A stretch of 64,000 nt of DNA, from the NCBI GenBank assembly GCA_951406725.2, contig OX597839.1, forward strand, positions 41,167,015 to 41,231,014, written 5' to 3'. The stretch comes from Octopus vulgaris (Eukaryota). Positions 1-13,203 of this stretch are shown piece after piece. The translations under genes and the position numbers were made by a program. How positions within the stretch are numbered: the first letter of the stretch is position 1; each line of letters opens with the position of its first letter. Under the pieces are notes generated by a model. It had not been told where the DNA came from and made no database searches. It was given only the letters and a program-made list of their open reading frames with translations.

Positions 1-146
1 TCCATCTACCAAATCCACTCACAAGGCTTTGGTCGGCCCGAGGCTATAGCAGAAGACACTTGCCCAAGATGCCACGCAGTGGGACTGAACCCAGAACCAT
101 GTGGTTCGTAAGCAAGCTACTTACCACACAGCCACTCCTGCGCCTA
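1..146 (-). mobile_element. tRNA-derived SINE family A, head, cut by window edge
   Basis: Reverse complement of GGCGCAGGAGTGGCTGTGTGG (A box)...GGTTCAGTCC (B box)...CTTGGGCAAGTG (CORE-like). Confidence 0.85.
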
Positions 147-674
147 TGTCAGTCAGTTGTGACTGTTTTTGATTTTCCATTAGCAAGCGAGGCACAAATT
201 TTGCTGATCAAAGTGCATTGTGACCAGCGATGTGTAACAATATCTGATAGTCTGGTCGTTCCCTCGATTATGTGATGTCATCAGATAAATATACAACATA
301 AATTCTTGATTTACCAAAAAATTATCGCTCCCTGCAGATTGGATGAATGATAATTGCCATGATAATTAGCCAAATGACAATTAAGATCAGCTTCAGCTGA
401 GAAGGTTGGATAAATTCAACAATCAAGGAGTCTCCATTGCTGACATGCCGTTACAGTGGGAGAAGACGGGGTGGGGGAGCATGTCCATCTGTGGCCACTA
501 AGTCTGATTCATGCTTGAAAGTCTCTGACACAGGTCAGGCACTGGTCTGGTGGTCTTTTGGGATTGAAGGCAAGGAGATGACTCCAGACTGGCCTTGTCC
601 ACATTTACTTTGTGTCCCCTGCAATCCTGTTGTGTTTATGAGAGGTGACTCACCCCACCAATGAAAGATGTACT

Positions 675-1262
675 ATAAGTAGTGGTAGTGGTGATGATGG
701 TGGTGGCGGTGGTGGTGGTATGATAGGAGTGGTAGTAGCTTGTTTATAGTAGTGTATGTAGGTGGTAGATGGGGGCGTGGTAGTGATGGCAGTGGTGGTG
801 GTATGGGTGTTTGCTGTAGTATGTAGCTGGTAGTGGTGGTGCTGTTAGTGGTAGTGGTGTGGTAGTTTGTAACCCATAAGTATGTATTGTTATGTTGATT
901 GTAGTATGTAGGTGGTAGTGGTGGGAGTGCGTTTGTAGTAGTATGTACATGACATGGTGGTGGTGATGGTGGTGGTGGTGGTGGCGGTGGTATTAGCAGT
1001 GGTGTTGGTGGTGGTGTTGGTGGTGGTGTTAGTAGTGGTGTTGGTGTTGGTGGTGGTGTTAGTAGTGATGTTGGTGTTGGTGGTGGTGTTAGTAGTGGTG
1101 GTGGTTTGGTTGATGGTGGTGGTGGCGGTGGTATTAGCAGTGGTGTTGGTGGTGGTGTTGGTGGTGGTGTTAGTAGTGGTGTTGGTGTTGGTGGTGGTGT
1201 TAGTAGTGATGTTGGTGGTGGTGGTGGTGTTAGTAGTGGTGTTGGTGGTGGTGGTGGTATGT
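675..1262. repeat. (GGT/GTA)n low-complexity tract with internal duplication
   Basis: Triplet repeats; explains the poly-Pro and poly-Val ORFs. Confidence 0.9.
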
Positions 1263-1686
1263 CAATATTTCCTGAATAACACATCTTTGAAAGAATGTTT
1301 ATTTTAGACCAGCTCACATCTGCCATCTTACTGTCACACACAGACAGAGAGAAGGGGCTGGGGGGGGGGGGGGCTGAGTGGGGCTGGTGGTGTGCAAAAG
1401 CTGTTGTGTAGTTAGGTTACCTTGTTCCTCATCTACTACAATAACCCCCCCCTCCGCTCTCATCCTTGGTATCCTCTTTGTGTGTGAGTGTGTGTGTACA
1501 TAAACTCTGATTGGGTCATGTGACTACCACCTAGTGTCACAAACAGCTGGGATAGGTCCTTGGTTAGGTCATCTTGCTCTATATGCATATATGGTGTGTG
1601 TGTGTGTGTGTTTGTATATGCAGGTGTATGTGTACGTGTATCTATATTTGTCTATCTGTCTTCACACATGCATGCACACACACATC

Positions 1687-1753
<67 letters not shown>

Positions 1754-2142
1754 GATTGATTGATTGATTCTAGTTTCAGCTCATGAGCTGTGGCCATGCT
1801 GGGGCACCGCCATTTATATATATATATATATATATATTGAAAAAAGTTGTCACATCACACCTAACGCTCTATACATACATACATACATACCTACATACAT
1901 ATACTAGATGGTATACACGGTAATTCCCGGGGGGTGGGGGGTAATGATGTTCTATTTAAACACCTTATTACTCTGATATAAAAAAGCAATTTCGTTATAA
2001 CTGTCACAAAAGGTGTATTTTCTGTCGCGAAAAAGTACAAAAAAAAGGTGTCAGCTGTCGATTTTGTCAACTAAAGGCAGTGCTCCAGCATGGCCGTAGT
2101 CAAATGACTGAAAACAAGTAAAAGAATATATATATATACACG

Positions 2143-2188
<46 letters not shown>

Positions 2189-2189
2189 T

Positions 2190-2510
2190 GAAGGTGCATG
2201 GCTTAGTGGTTAGAGTGTTGTGCTTACAATTGTGAGATTTGTGAGTTTGATTCCTGGACCAGGCTGTGTGTTATGTTCTTGAGCAAGATACTTTATTTCA
2301 TGTTGCTCCAGTTAACTCATCTGGAGGAGGAATGAGTTGCAATGTCACTGGTGTCAATTTGTATCAGCCTTTGCCTTTCCCTTGGATAACATTGGTGGCC
2401 AGGAGAGGGGTGGCGGATATGCATGAGTCAACACTGGTCTTCCACAATCTTGTCTGGACTTGTACCGCTGAGGGGAACTGTCTAGGAGCAATCCCTTGGT
2501 CATTCGTGAC
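2190..2510 (+). mobile_element. tRNA-derived SINE (related family), diverged
   Basis: TGGCTTAGTGG A box, GAGTTTGATTC B box, CTTGAGCAAGATACTTTA core. Related pieces at 3563-3770 (+), 4604-4925 (-), 12205-12395 (-), 18238-18547 (+). Confidence 0.7.
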
Positions 2511-2779
2511 TAAGTCCTGGGGTCGAATTGTTCGACTAAAGGCAGTGCTCCAGCATGGCCACAGTCGAATGACTGAAACAAATAAAAGAGTAAAAGAGTA
2601 AGTAAATAAGTGGAAATCAAACTGGTGGGTGTGTTAAATTAATAAAGCACTAAAAGCGAATGACCCTCCCCAGATACAATAAAAAAATGCTTCAACACAC
2701 GGATTCACATAAAGAATCCTGCAAACCAGTTGCAAAAAATGAAATGATAATGTTATTTCTTTATTTTCTTCCATTGCAG

Positions 2780-2860
2780 TACATCGGTTCATTCTCAGTG
2801 ATTGGAGTAGACCAAGGTATGAGAACTAATTTTGTGAAGAAGCATCTCGAAGACATGAGG
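2780..2860 (+). CDS. SH2D5: Exon of PTB-domain adaptor (SH2D5-like), start of PTB domain
   Basis: ttccattgcag acceptor, gtgagt donor, 81 nt, phase 0/0. Translates YIGSFSVIGVDQGMRTNFVKKHLEDMR, resembling the SH2D5 YVGSF strand. Symbol is by recalled similarity; orthology not tested. Confidence 0.85.
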
Positions 2861-4194
2861 GTGAGTCTGGGCTTTTTGGACATTCTCAGTTCTGTGGTCG
2901 TTGTTTTTGTTGTTGTTGTTGTTATTGTTTGTTTCAGTTGTCAGTTTGTTGTTAGCCATGCTGCTGCCCCACCACGAAGGGTTTTTTTTGTCGAACAAAT
3001 CTGTTCCTGGTAAATTATTGCTTCGGTGCTTGTTCTGTCGGTGTCTATGCTGAACCACGGAACGACATGGACATGAACAAACCATCACTGGTCTTTGAAC
3101 ATTTGGGTGAGACAAACAGTGTAAACACAACAACCTACATACATACACTCACACACATTCACGCCCATACACACACATATACATACACACCCATACAGAC
3201 ATACACACACATATACACACATACACGCACTCATTCACACATATACACATATACACACATGCATACACACCCACACATACCCATACACACACACATAAAC
3301 ATACACACATACACACACATATACATACACACATATACACACATACACACACTCATTCACACATACACACATACGCTCACACATACATACACATATACAT
3401 ACACACCTATACAGACATACACACATATACACACATGCACACCCACACCCACACACACACATAAGCACACATACACATACACATACATACACACACACAC
3501 ACACTTTGTAAGGAAGTTTTACTTCTTTCCGTTTTGTCTTTGGTCAGTGTTATTTCCTACGTGAAGGCACATGGCTTAGGGGTCAGAGTCTTCAGCTCAT
3601 GATCCTAAGGTCATAAGTTCAATTTCTAGCCAAGCAATGTGTCCTTGAGCAAGACTTTTTATTTTCACATTGCTCCAGTCCACTCCGCCGGCAAAAATGA
3701 GTAGTACCTGTAATTCAAAGGGCCAGCCTTGTCACATTCCATGTCACAGTGAATCTCCCTGAGAACTACAAGAAAAATTGAAGTACGCCTTTGACAATTC
3801 TTGAACATAGGGAACTTCTGTTGTGTTTGACTTTTGGCCTACCCTTATGATTTTACTTCTCTTTCTTTTTACTCCCACCACCGCCACCACCACCTCAGCC
3901 TCTGCTTCTCAGGGAGAGCTGAACAGTGTGTGTGTGTGTGGGGGGGGGTTTTGCATGTATGTGTGTATATATGTGTGTGTCAGAGAATCTTCAGGGAAGA
4001 AGCACCTCCAGTCCATCTCATGCAAGTGTCTTGGCCCTTAAAACTTTTGGGACACATGGTGTTTTGGTATGTGTAGCTGAAAAGACCCCAGTTTTTTTTT
4101 TCAGTTGAGATTGAACTTGAGGGGTGCATGCAGAAAACAATGGATAAAGTGCCTAAAGCTACTTTATTAGTACCATCATCATCATCATCATCAG

Positions 4195-4590
4195 CATCAT
4201 CATCATTTAACGTCTGCTTTCCATGCTAGCATGGGTTAGACGATTTGACTGAGGACTGGCAAACCAGATGGCTGCACCAGGCTCCAATCTTGATCTGGCA
4301 GAGTTTCTACAGCTGGATGCCCTTCCCAATGCCAACCACTCGGAGAGTGTAATGGGTGCTTTTACATGCCGTAGTATGGGTTGGACAATTTGACTGAGGA
4401 CTGGCAAACCAGATGGCTGCACCAGGCTCCAATCTTGATCTGGCAGAGTTTCTACAGCTGGATGCCCTTCCCAATGCCAACCACTCGGAGAGTGTAATGG
4501 GTGCTTTTACATGCCACCGGCATGAGGGCCAGTCAGGCGGTACTGGCAAAGGCCATGGTCAAATGGTTTTTACATGCCACCTGCACAAAG
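4195..4590 (-). mobile_element. Non-autonomous RTE-related element with (GAT)n tail and internal ~145-bp duplication
   Basis: GTGGTTGGCATTGGGAAGGGCATCCAGC motif and GACGTTAAATGATGATG tail on the minus strand. Other copies near 24875-25550, 28305-28692, 29850-30110, 34880-35340, 57665-57820. Confidence 0.7.
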
Positions 4591-4955
4591 CTATATATAT
4601 ATCTAACTAGCACTCCATCGGTTATGATGATGAGGGTTCCAGTTGATCCGATCACTGGAACAGCCTGCTCGTGAAATTAATGTGCAAGTGGCTGAGCACT
4701 CCACAGACATGTGCACCTTTAACATATTTCTCAGGGAGATGCAGCATGCTACAGAGTGTGACAAGACTGGCCCTTTTGAATTACAGGTACAATACATTGC
4801 TACCCAGCTGATTGGACTGGAGCAATGTGAAATAAAGTGTCTTGCTCAAGGACACAAGACATTGCCAGAAATTGAACTCACAACTTTGTGATTATCAGCC
4901 AAATACCCTAACTACTGCGCCTTCACATATATTATATAGTTTTATATTATATCTA

Positions 4956-5185
4956 TTTTTTTACTACCCACAAGGGGCTAAACACAGAGAGGACAAACAA
5001 GGACAGACAAGCGGATTAAGTCGATTATATCGACCCAGTGCGTAACTGGTACTTAATTTATCGACCCCGAAAGGATGAAAGGCAAAGTTGACCTCGGTGG
5101 AATTTGAACTCACAGTGTAACGGCAGACGAAATACCGCTAAGCATTTCACCCGGCGTGCTAACGTTTCTGCCAGCTCGCAGCCTT
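4956..5185 (-). mobile_element. SINE family B (Nin/Deu-like central domain)
   Basis: GCCTTTCATCCTTTCGGGGTCGATAAATTAAGTACC motif on the minus strand, flanked by a 59-bp direct repeat. Other copies at 6155-6345, 19158-19390, 45050-45490, 62970-63200. Confidence 0.85.
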
Positions 5186-5422
5186 AGCCAATTACCCTAA
5201 CTACTGCGCCTTCACATATATTATATAGTTTTATATTATATCTACTGAAGGATGATCTCTGATTGGCTCTTACACTTCAAAACCAATCAATCATGTTTGT
5301 TTGATCTGGCTGATGGATTGACCTCAACTTGTATCAATTTGGATGAGGGCTAAACCCCTTACACTCTAAGAAGAGCTGACCTATATCCAGGCCATGACCA
5401 TGCTACATTTACTACATCATAA

Positions 5423-5855
<433 letters not shown>

Positions 5856-6944
5856 CAAAACCACCCACTCATCAATCCACCCATCATTCTTAATAGACCA
5901 TTTTATACCATCTGTTGTCCTCATTAGCAAGGGACTTCCTGTACCAGCTGTATACAGGTGAAAGGTCAAGCTGTCATCTTAGGTAGTAGTAGTAGTAGTA
6001 GTAGTAGTAATGGTGGTTCTTGAATGGTGAAGATGGTGGTGGTCCTATTGGTAAGCCATATGGTTGCAGTGATGGTGCTGCAGTTGTGGTGGTGGTCACA
6101 TGTGGAAGTAGTGATGGTTAGTGGTGCTGATAGTAATGGTGGTATTAGTAGTAGTATTTCGTCTGCCGTTGTTACGTTCTGTGTTCAAATTCCGCCGAGG
6201 TTGACTTTGCCTTTCATCCTTTCCGGGTCGATTAAATAAGTACCAGTTATTCACTGGGGTCGGTGAAATCGACTTAATACCTATGTCTGTCCTTGTTTGT
6301 CCTCTCTGTGTTTAGCCCCTTGTGGGTAGTAAAGAGATAGGTATTAGTAGTAGTAGTAGTGGTAGTCATGAGTGGTGATGGTTGTTGTGGTGGTGGTTGT
6401 GAGTGGTAACGATGATGGTGTTGGTGGTAGTGGTGATGATGATGGGGATGGTGAGAGTAGTAGCCCTGAGTAATGATGATAATGGTGATGATGGTGATGG
6501 TGATAGAGGTGGAAGAGATGATGGTCTTGGCAGTGGTGGAATGGTGACAATGCAACTATTTGGTGGTTGTGTTGGTAGTAGTATTAAATCAATACTGAAC
6601 TAACAAACCTATGATCAAAGGCGTTCCGGATGTGACCTTCCCATTTTTTTTTTCTATCTAGATTGCAGGTGTGATTTGAGGGAGATTTGGCTGTGATCTT
6701 TCCTGTTTGGTTGCCATTTATCAATTTCTTCAATTTTTATTCTTTTACTTGTTTCTGTCACTTGACTGCGGCCATGCTGGAGCACCGCCTTTAGTCGAAC
6801 AAATCAACCCCAGGTCTTATTCTTTGTAAGCCTAGTGGTTATTCTATCAGTCTCTTTTGCCGAACCGCTAAGTTACAGGGATGTAAACACAGCAGCATCG
6901 GTTGTCAAGTGATGGTGGGGCAACAAGCACAGACACAAATACAT

Positions 6945-6976
<32 letters not shown>

Positions 6977-7200
6977 TGGTGTTTGGAAGGATATCTAGCT
7001 GTAAAGACCTTGCCAGAACTAACCTCGCCTGTGCTTGTGCCACGTAAAAAGCACCAAGTCCACTCTACTGAGTGGTTGGCCTTAGGAAGGGCATCCAGCT
7101 GTAAAAATCCCTGTCAAAACAGTCACAGAAGTCTGGTGCAGGCTTCTGCCTGGCCCTATCAAGCTGTCCCACCCATGCCAGCATGGAAGGCAGATATTAA

Positions 7201-7408
7201 CCCTTTAGCATATCTGGCCAAAAGTATTCTGCCTGTTTTATGTTCAAACAGGCCATATCTGGTCTCTCACACCAACCCTACAATATTGTTTTAAAAATTA
7301 ACAGCTACCTCATCAAAATCTCATAGCTACAAGATAATGCATGATTAGTTCAAAACAATGTGGATAAAGAAGGATTAATTTTGGCAGAATAATGTGAACA
7401 CTAAAGGG
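7201..7408 (+). mobile_element. piggyBac-type MITE family 1
   Basis: TTAA|CCCTTTAGCAT...ACTAAAGGG|TTGA. Related copies at ~12680-12894 (-), 32838-32970, 41590-41855, 41856-42064. Confidence 0.75.
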
Positions 7409-7851
7409 TTGATGATGAATTATTCTCTAACCAATATATTTACATGACTGACAGACAGGAACCTGTCCAGTTGCTTCCACCTACATTTTGGCATAATTAA
7501 AATAATATTAGGTCATCAGCTAATATTATTTGATTTCCCTCTTCGCATATTTAATTTTTCGGTTAGGGTTTTTAATTACTCCATACATTAATTAATTATG
7601 CACTAAACAGCTTTGCATTAATTCTCTGATGTATCTGTAAGTTTGATTATTTCACTCTTTGGAGGCATCAAATTGCATCAGCCTCACGATATAGTTCAGA
7701 AATTAATACTATGTTATGCATAATTAATTAATACATGGAGTAATTAAAAATCCTAACTAAAAAAATTTGATGTTTGGTGCATGATTAGTTAATTAATTTG
7801 AGCAAATTGCCAAATCTCGAACTAATCATTTTATATATATATATATATTTA

Positions 7852-8257
7852 GGCGCAGGAGTGGCTGTGTGGTAAGTAGCTTGCTTACCAACCACATGGT
7901 TCCGGGTTCAGTCCCACTGTGTGGCACCTTAGGCAAGTGTCTTCTACTATAGCCTCGAGCCGACCAAAGCCTTGTGAGTGGATTTGGTAGACGGAAACTG
8001 AAGGAAGCCTGTCGTGTATATGTATATATATATATATAGATGTGTGCTTGTGTGTCTATGTTTGTGTGTCTGTGTTTGTCCCCACCCAACATCGCTTGAC
8101 AACTGATGCTGGTGTGTTCATGTCCCATAAGAGACCGATAGAATAAGTACTGGGCTTACAAAGAATAAGTCCTGGGGACGATTTGCTCGACTAAAGGCGG
8201 TGCTCCAGCATGGCTGCAGTCAAATGACTGAAACAAGTAAAAGAAAAGATAGAAAAG

Positions 8258-8302
<45 letters not shown>

Positions 8303-8665
8303 GTACGTACAGTGCTATATTTGGGCAAGTGTCTTCTACTATAGCCCCGGGCCGACCAAAGCTTTGTGAGTGGATTTGGTAGACGGAAACTGAAAAGAAG
8401 CCCGTCGTATATATGTATATATATATCTATGCATGTGTGTGTTTGTGTGTCTGTGTTTGTCCCCCTCGCATTGCTTGACAACCGATGCTGGTGTGTTTAT
8501 GTCCCCCGTTACTTAGCGGTTCGGCAAAAGAGACCGATAGAATAAGTACTGGGCTTACAAAAAGAATAAGTCCCGGGGTCGAGTTGCTCGATAAAAGGCG
8601 GTGCTCCAGCATGGCCGCAGACAAATGACTGAAACAAGTAAAAGAGTAAAAGAGTAAAAGAGTAC
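7852..8665 (+). mobile_element. Two tandem SINE family A copies
   Basis: Head at 7852, internal TA/TG microsatellites, (GTAAAAGA)n tails near 8240 and 8640. Confidence 0.9.
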
Positions 8666-8932
8666 TATATTTTTATATATATAAAATGCAAAAATGGGAC
8701 AAGAACAAAAACATCCAGACATATGATACAAGGAAACAAGGACGGATCATTCGGAGTTTTCTTTCCTCAGTCATCAGACTGCAGCCATACTGGAGGACCA
8801 TTTTGAAGAATTTTTATTTTTTTATAAGCCTGGTACTTAGAGATGTAAACACACCAGCACCAGTTGTCAAGGGTTGATGGCAGGACAACCACCAACACAC
8901 ATAGATATATATATATATACATACGTATATAT

Positions 8933-9448
8933 TCTTTTACTCTTTTACTTGTTTCAGTCATTTGACTGCGGCCATGTTGGAGCACCACCTTTAGTCGAGC
9001 AAATCGACCCCGGGACTTATTCTTTGTAAGCCCAGTACTTATTCTATTGCTCTCTTTTGCCGAACCGCTAAGTAACAGGGACGTAAACACACCAGCATCG
9101 GTTGTCAAGCAATGCTAGAGGGACAAACATATACACACACACGCATATATAAATATATACATATATACGACAGGCTTCTTTCAGTTTCCGTCTACCAAAT
9201 CCACTCACAAGGCTTTGGTCGGCCCGAGGCTATAGCAGAAGACACTTGCCCAAGATGCCATGCAGTGGGACTGAACCCAGAATCATGTGGTTGGTAAGCA
9301 AGCTACTTACCACACAGCCACTCCTGTGCCTATATATGATAGGCTTCTTTCAGTTTCCACCTGCCAAATCCACTCACAAGGCTATATAGTAAAAGACATT
9401 CGCCCAAAGTGCCGCATAGCAGGATTGAACCCAGAACCATGTGGTTGG
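8933..9448 (-). mobile_element. SINE family A full copy plus partial head
   Basis: Reverse-complement match to the family consensus. Confidence 0.88.
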
Positions 9449-9641
9449 GATTTCTTGTTAACATCTTTAACACTTCCTGCATTAAATGTGTTTGCTCTAA
9501 CTTAACTGTTGTCTGTTATTTTTGTACTTGTTTCCAGATGCAGATGGCATGTCTGAGTAATCCATTCTTTCCACCCCCACCCCCCCTTCCTCTCTCTCTC
9601 TCTCTGTTGCAATAATTCTTTTCATTGACTTCTCTTTCCAG

Positions 9642-9716
9642 GATGTGGTGAAGAGTATCAAAGTGTTGCTGGTCATTTCATTGTCTGGTGTGAAAGTATG
9701 TAGTAGCAAAGGGGAG
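9642..9716 (+). CDS. SH2D5: Exon of PTB-domain adaptor
   Basis: tctctttccag acceptor, gtaagt donor, 75 nt, phase 0/0. DVVKSIKVLLVISLSGVKVCSSKGE matches the PTB 'V.L.IS..GVKV' strands. Confidence 0.88.
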
Positions 9717-10048
9717 GTAAGTAGACTTGTTTGCACCAGAAGCAAATGCCTCTTTCCTACATGTTCAGTAATCGGTTCAGTGAACTAAGGCGCTGAACCG
9801 TTGACCACATGATAAGTTATATGGATGTAAATTCACCAACACCATTTGTCAAGCAGTGGTGGTGGGGACACACACACAATATTTACACATACATACATAC
9901 ATGTATATATATGTGTGTGTGTATATACATATATGTATATATAGCGGAGTAAACACATAAATGTGAAACAAGGTGGAAAAAAGAGTACTCAAATACCAGT
10001 GGTAGAGTAATATGCTTTATTTAAAAGCAGCAGAAAATTCAACAAAAC

Positions 10049-10086
10049 CTGTTACTCTGAGTTTCACGTTCCCGTTCGTCGGACAG
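10049..10086 (-). ncRNA. Candidate minimal hammerhead ribozyme (Penelope-type)
   Basis: Minus strand reads CUGU-CCGACGA-ACG(GGAA)CGU-GAAA-CUCAGAG-UA-ACAG. Confidence 0.6.
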
Positions 10087-10384
10087 TCCGACGAATGGGA
10101 ACGTAAAACTCAGAGTAACAGGTTTTGTTGAATTTTCTGCTGCTTTTAAATAAAGTATATATATATATATATATATTAGATAATAGAACAAATGGTTTAT
10201 ACCTGCAGAACTGTTATTTTAACAATTTATATCTATTTATCACCTGAAGAGACACTTCTGCACCATCGGGTGCTCCTTAACCAGTTGTTAAGTATCCCAC
10301 CTGTGAGGGATCAATGCTAGATCCCTCACAATTGTCATGATTAATAAAAATCCTCGTATCTTCCATCTTCTGTCTCTTATTAAC

Positions 10385-10436
<52 letters not shown>

Positions 10437-10892
10437 TATATATAGTGTAATAAATAAAATATATGCATACATACAAACATATATGTACGTACCGACATCT
10501 ACATGTATATATACACATATTTAAAATACACAAATACACACAACAGTCTTCTTTCAGATTTCATCTACCAAATCCACTCACAAGGTTTTGCTTGGCTCAG
10601 AACTATAGTAAAAGACACTTACCTCAGGTGCTATGCAGTGGGACTGAACTGGGAACCTTATGGCTTGAAAGCAAACTTCTTACCACCCAGCCTCACCTGC
10701 ACCCATAGATACATTAAATATAAAAAAAAAAAATAGAACTAGAAAAAATTACATAAAATAATATATATCTATAAAAGTATGGAAATTACCAAGGTCATCA
10801 CTAAATTACATAAAAATAATATATATTCATAATAATATATATATACATATACATAGATATATGTACATATATAAAAATGTATATATATATAT

Positions 10893-11185
10893 GAGGATAC
10901 TCAGAATGGCACTTAAACGCCGACTTTTACCAGGGACTACCAAAAGTAACATTGAAGATACAGTATAGAAGGATGAGGCTGGCTGGACACTGCATCAGAC
11001 ATACCGATGATATTGCTCTGGCAACCAACAGAAGGATGAGGAAGAAGGAAGACAACCTATATCAACAACTTGGTGGAGGATGCTGGTATGGAAGGGTTTA
11101 CAGGAGCTGAGAATCATTATGGGAGATCGAGATGAGTGGGGGAAATGTGTGGAAACAGTCTTGGGGCATCCTGAGGGCCGACTTA
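10893..11185 (+). mobile_element. Decayed RTE-like LINE 3' fragment
   Basis: Frameshifted translation GLPKVTLKIQYRRMRLAGHCIRH..LLWQPTEG..QELRIIMGDRDEW parallels the element at 52960-53497. Confidence 0.75.
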
Positions 11186-11284
11186 TATATATGTGGTCTG
11201 ATTGGCATCTTTCTTCATGTTTCCTGAAATTTATATCCACATCTTTATGAGTATATTTACCTTCTCTGGGATGTCACTAATTAA

Positions 11285-11504
11285 CCCTTTCGTTACCAAC
11301 CTGGCTGAAACCGGCTTTGGCTCTGAGTACAAATGTCTTGTTTTCATAAATTTTGAATTAAAATATTACACCAAAACTTAGTCACAGTTTATGTTCTGAA
11401 CACTACCTTAATGGTAACTAAGTTATTTTACTAAATTCTTTGTTATATTTAAAGTAATTGAAAGAAATACAGAGCATTTCAAAATAAATACAGTAACAAA
11501 AGGG
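11285..11504. mobile_element. piggyBac-type MITE family 2
   Basis: TTAA on both sides; TIRs CCCTTTCGTTAC / GTAACAAAAGGG (11 of 12 match). Confidence 0.88.
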
Positions 11505-11772
11505 TTAATTTGAAAACTTTACATTGTTGGAAAGCATATATGGTTTGCTTGGCATCTTGCTTCAAGTTCCTGGAGCTCACATCTGCAACTTTATAGGTAT
11601 ATTTACACTCTCTAAGATGTTACTAATTGATTTAGGAACTTTACATTATTGGAAAACCTATATGAAATTAGCTGAAGATTACTTAACATATTATATTTGC
11701 AGCTTTAATAAATTGTTATAGTATGAAACAATTGTACTAACTTACCGATCCATTCTTGTTGCTTAATTTTTG

Positions 11773-11812
<40 letters not shown>

Positions 11813-11955
11813 ATATAATGTTCACATACATATATCTATAACGCTATGCATAAAAAAAAAAACATAAAAATAATATATATGTATATAAAAAAATATTTAT
11901 AGAAGTATGATAATTTCTAAGCTCATCACTAAAGTTCGTCTGTTTGTCATTGCAG

Positions 11956-12102
11956 AGTGTATACATGGCTCATGCCTTAAAACGAATATCCTTTGCGACC
12001 TGTGACCCGGATTATTGCCAGTTCTCTTTTCTTGCCAGAGAGCCAAAAGGACAGATCAATGTTCAGTTCTGTCATGCTTTTGTCACCCGCAACTCTCCAG
12101 AA
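11956..12102 (+). CDS. SH2D5: Exon of PTB-domain adaptor (PTB core)
   Basis: cattgcag acceptor, gtaagt donor, 147 nt, phase 0/0. SVYMAHALKRISFATCDPDYCQFSFLAREPKGQINVQFCHAFVTRNSPE resembles SH2D5 MAHALRRI..CQFAF.AR.P..FCH.FV. Confidence 0.93.
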
Positions 12103-12598
12103 GTAAGTATTGTTTCCGTCTTTGTGGGTGGGTCATTGTGCCAATGATAAAACACACACTGGTTCAATTTCACTTCATTTTTTTTTTTCATTTGTCAATT
12201 GGTTGGTACTCCGTTGGCTAGGATGACGTGCATTTCAGTTGATCTGGTCAACGGAACAGCCTGCTTGTGAAAATAATATGCAAGTGGGTGAGTACTCCAT
12301 ATGCACCCCACAGACATACATACCCTTATGTAGTTCACAGGGTGATTCGGCATGGCACAGAATGTGACAAGGCTGGCCCTTTGAAATACAGGTACTCTCT
12401 CTTTTACTCTCTTTTACTTATTTCAGTCATTTGACTGCGGCCATGCTGGAGCACCGCCTTTAGTCGAGCAACTCGATCCCGGGACTTATTCTTTTTGTAA
12501 GCCCAGTACTTATTCTATCAGTCTCTTTTTGCCGAACCGCTAAGTGACGGGGATGTAAACACACCAGCATCGGTTGTCAAGCAATGCTAGGGGTACAA

Positions 12599-12637
<39 letters not shown>

Positions 12638-13203
12638 AATATATACGACAGGCATATATACGATATGGCTGGTTTAAGCCCTTAACACTCAGATTACTCT
12701 CTCAAACATGAAGCTTATTCATGTTGTTTTGAATTAATCCTGCATTATCTCATTGCTTCAAGATTTCAATGATGTGATGGTTTTATTTTTAGAACGACAT
12801 TGTAGGGTAGGTGTGAGAAATCAGATCTAGTCAGTTTGGTCATAAAACAGGCAGAATATTTGTGTCTGATATGGTCAGTTTGAATGCTAAAGGGTTAATC
12901 AGTTGGTTAAACAATTGATCAGTTGTCTGTCAAAGATCTCATCAATACCTTACCCACAGATTTGCTTTACACCTGGAGGAGAGAGGCATGCCATTGATGA
13001 GGTTACAAATGGCAACAAAAGGATTTTGACAAACTTAATTGCTTGATTGCTTAACAGACCTACTAAGCAAGCATTAGGTTATTGATTGGTTACATTACTA
13101 ACTAGTTGACTAGTAATAACTAAGTGATTGCTCAAGATACAAAAAGACTATTCTTTGTATGTCCGACAGGTTTTGATAAAAAAAGAGGTTGATATAGTAT
13201 ATA

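Noticed and set aside
673-1341. 222-aa proline-rich ORF (extensin/formin-like)
   Set aside because: Translation of a GGT/GTA microsatellite, open in several frames; no splice or domain support.
1903-2050. Third Helitron end
   Set aside because: CTAG and a weak hairpin are present but no matching 5' TC end is identifiable.
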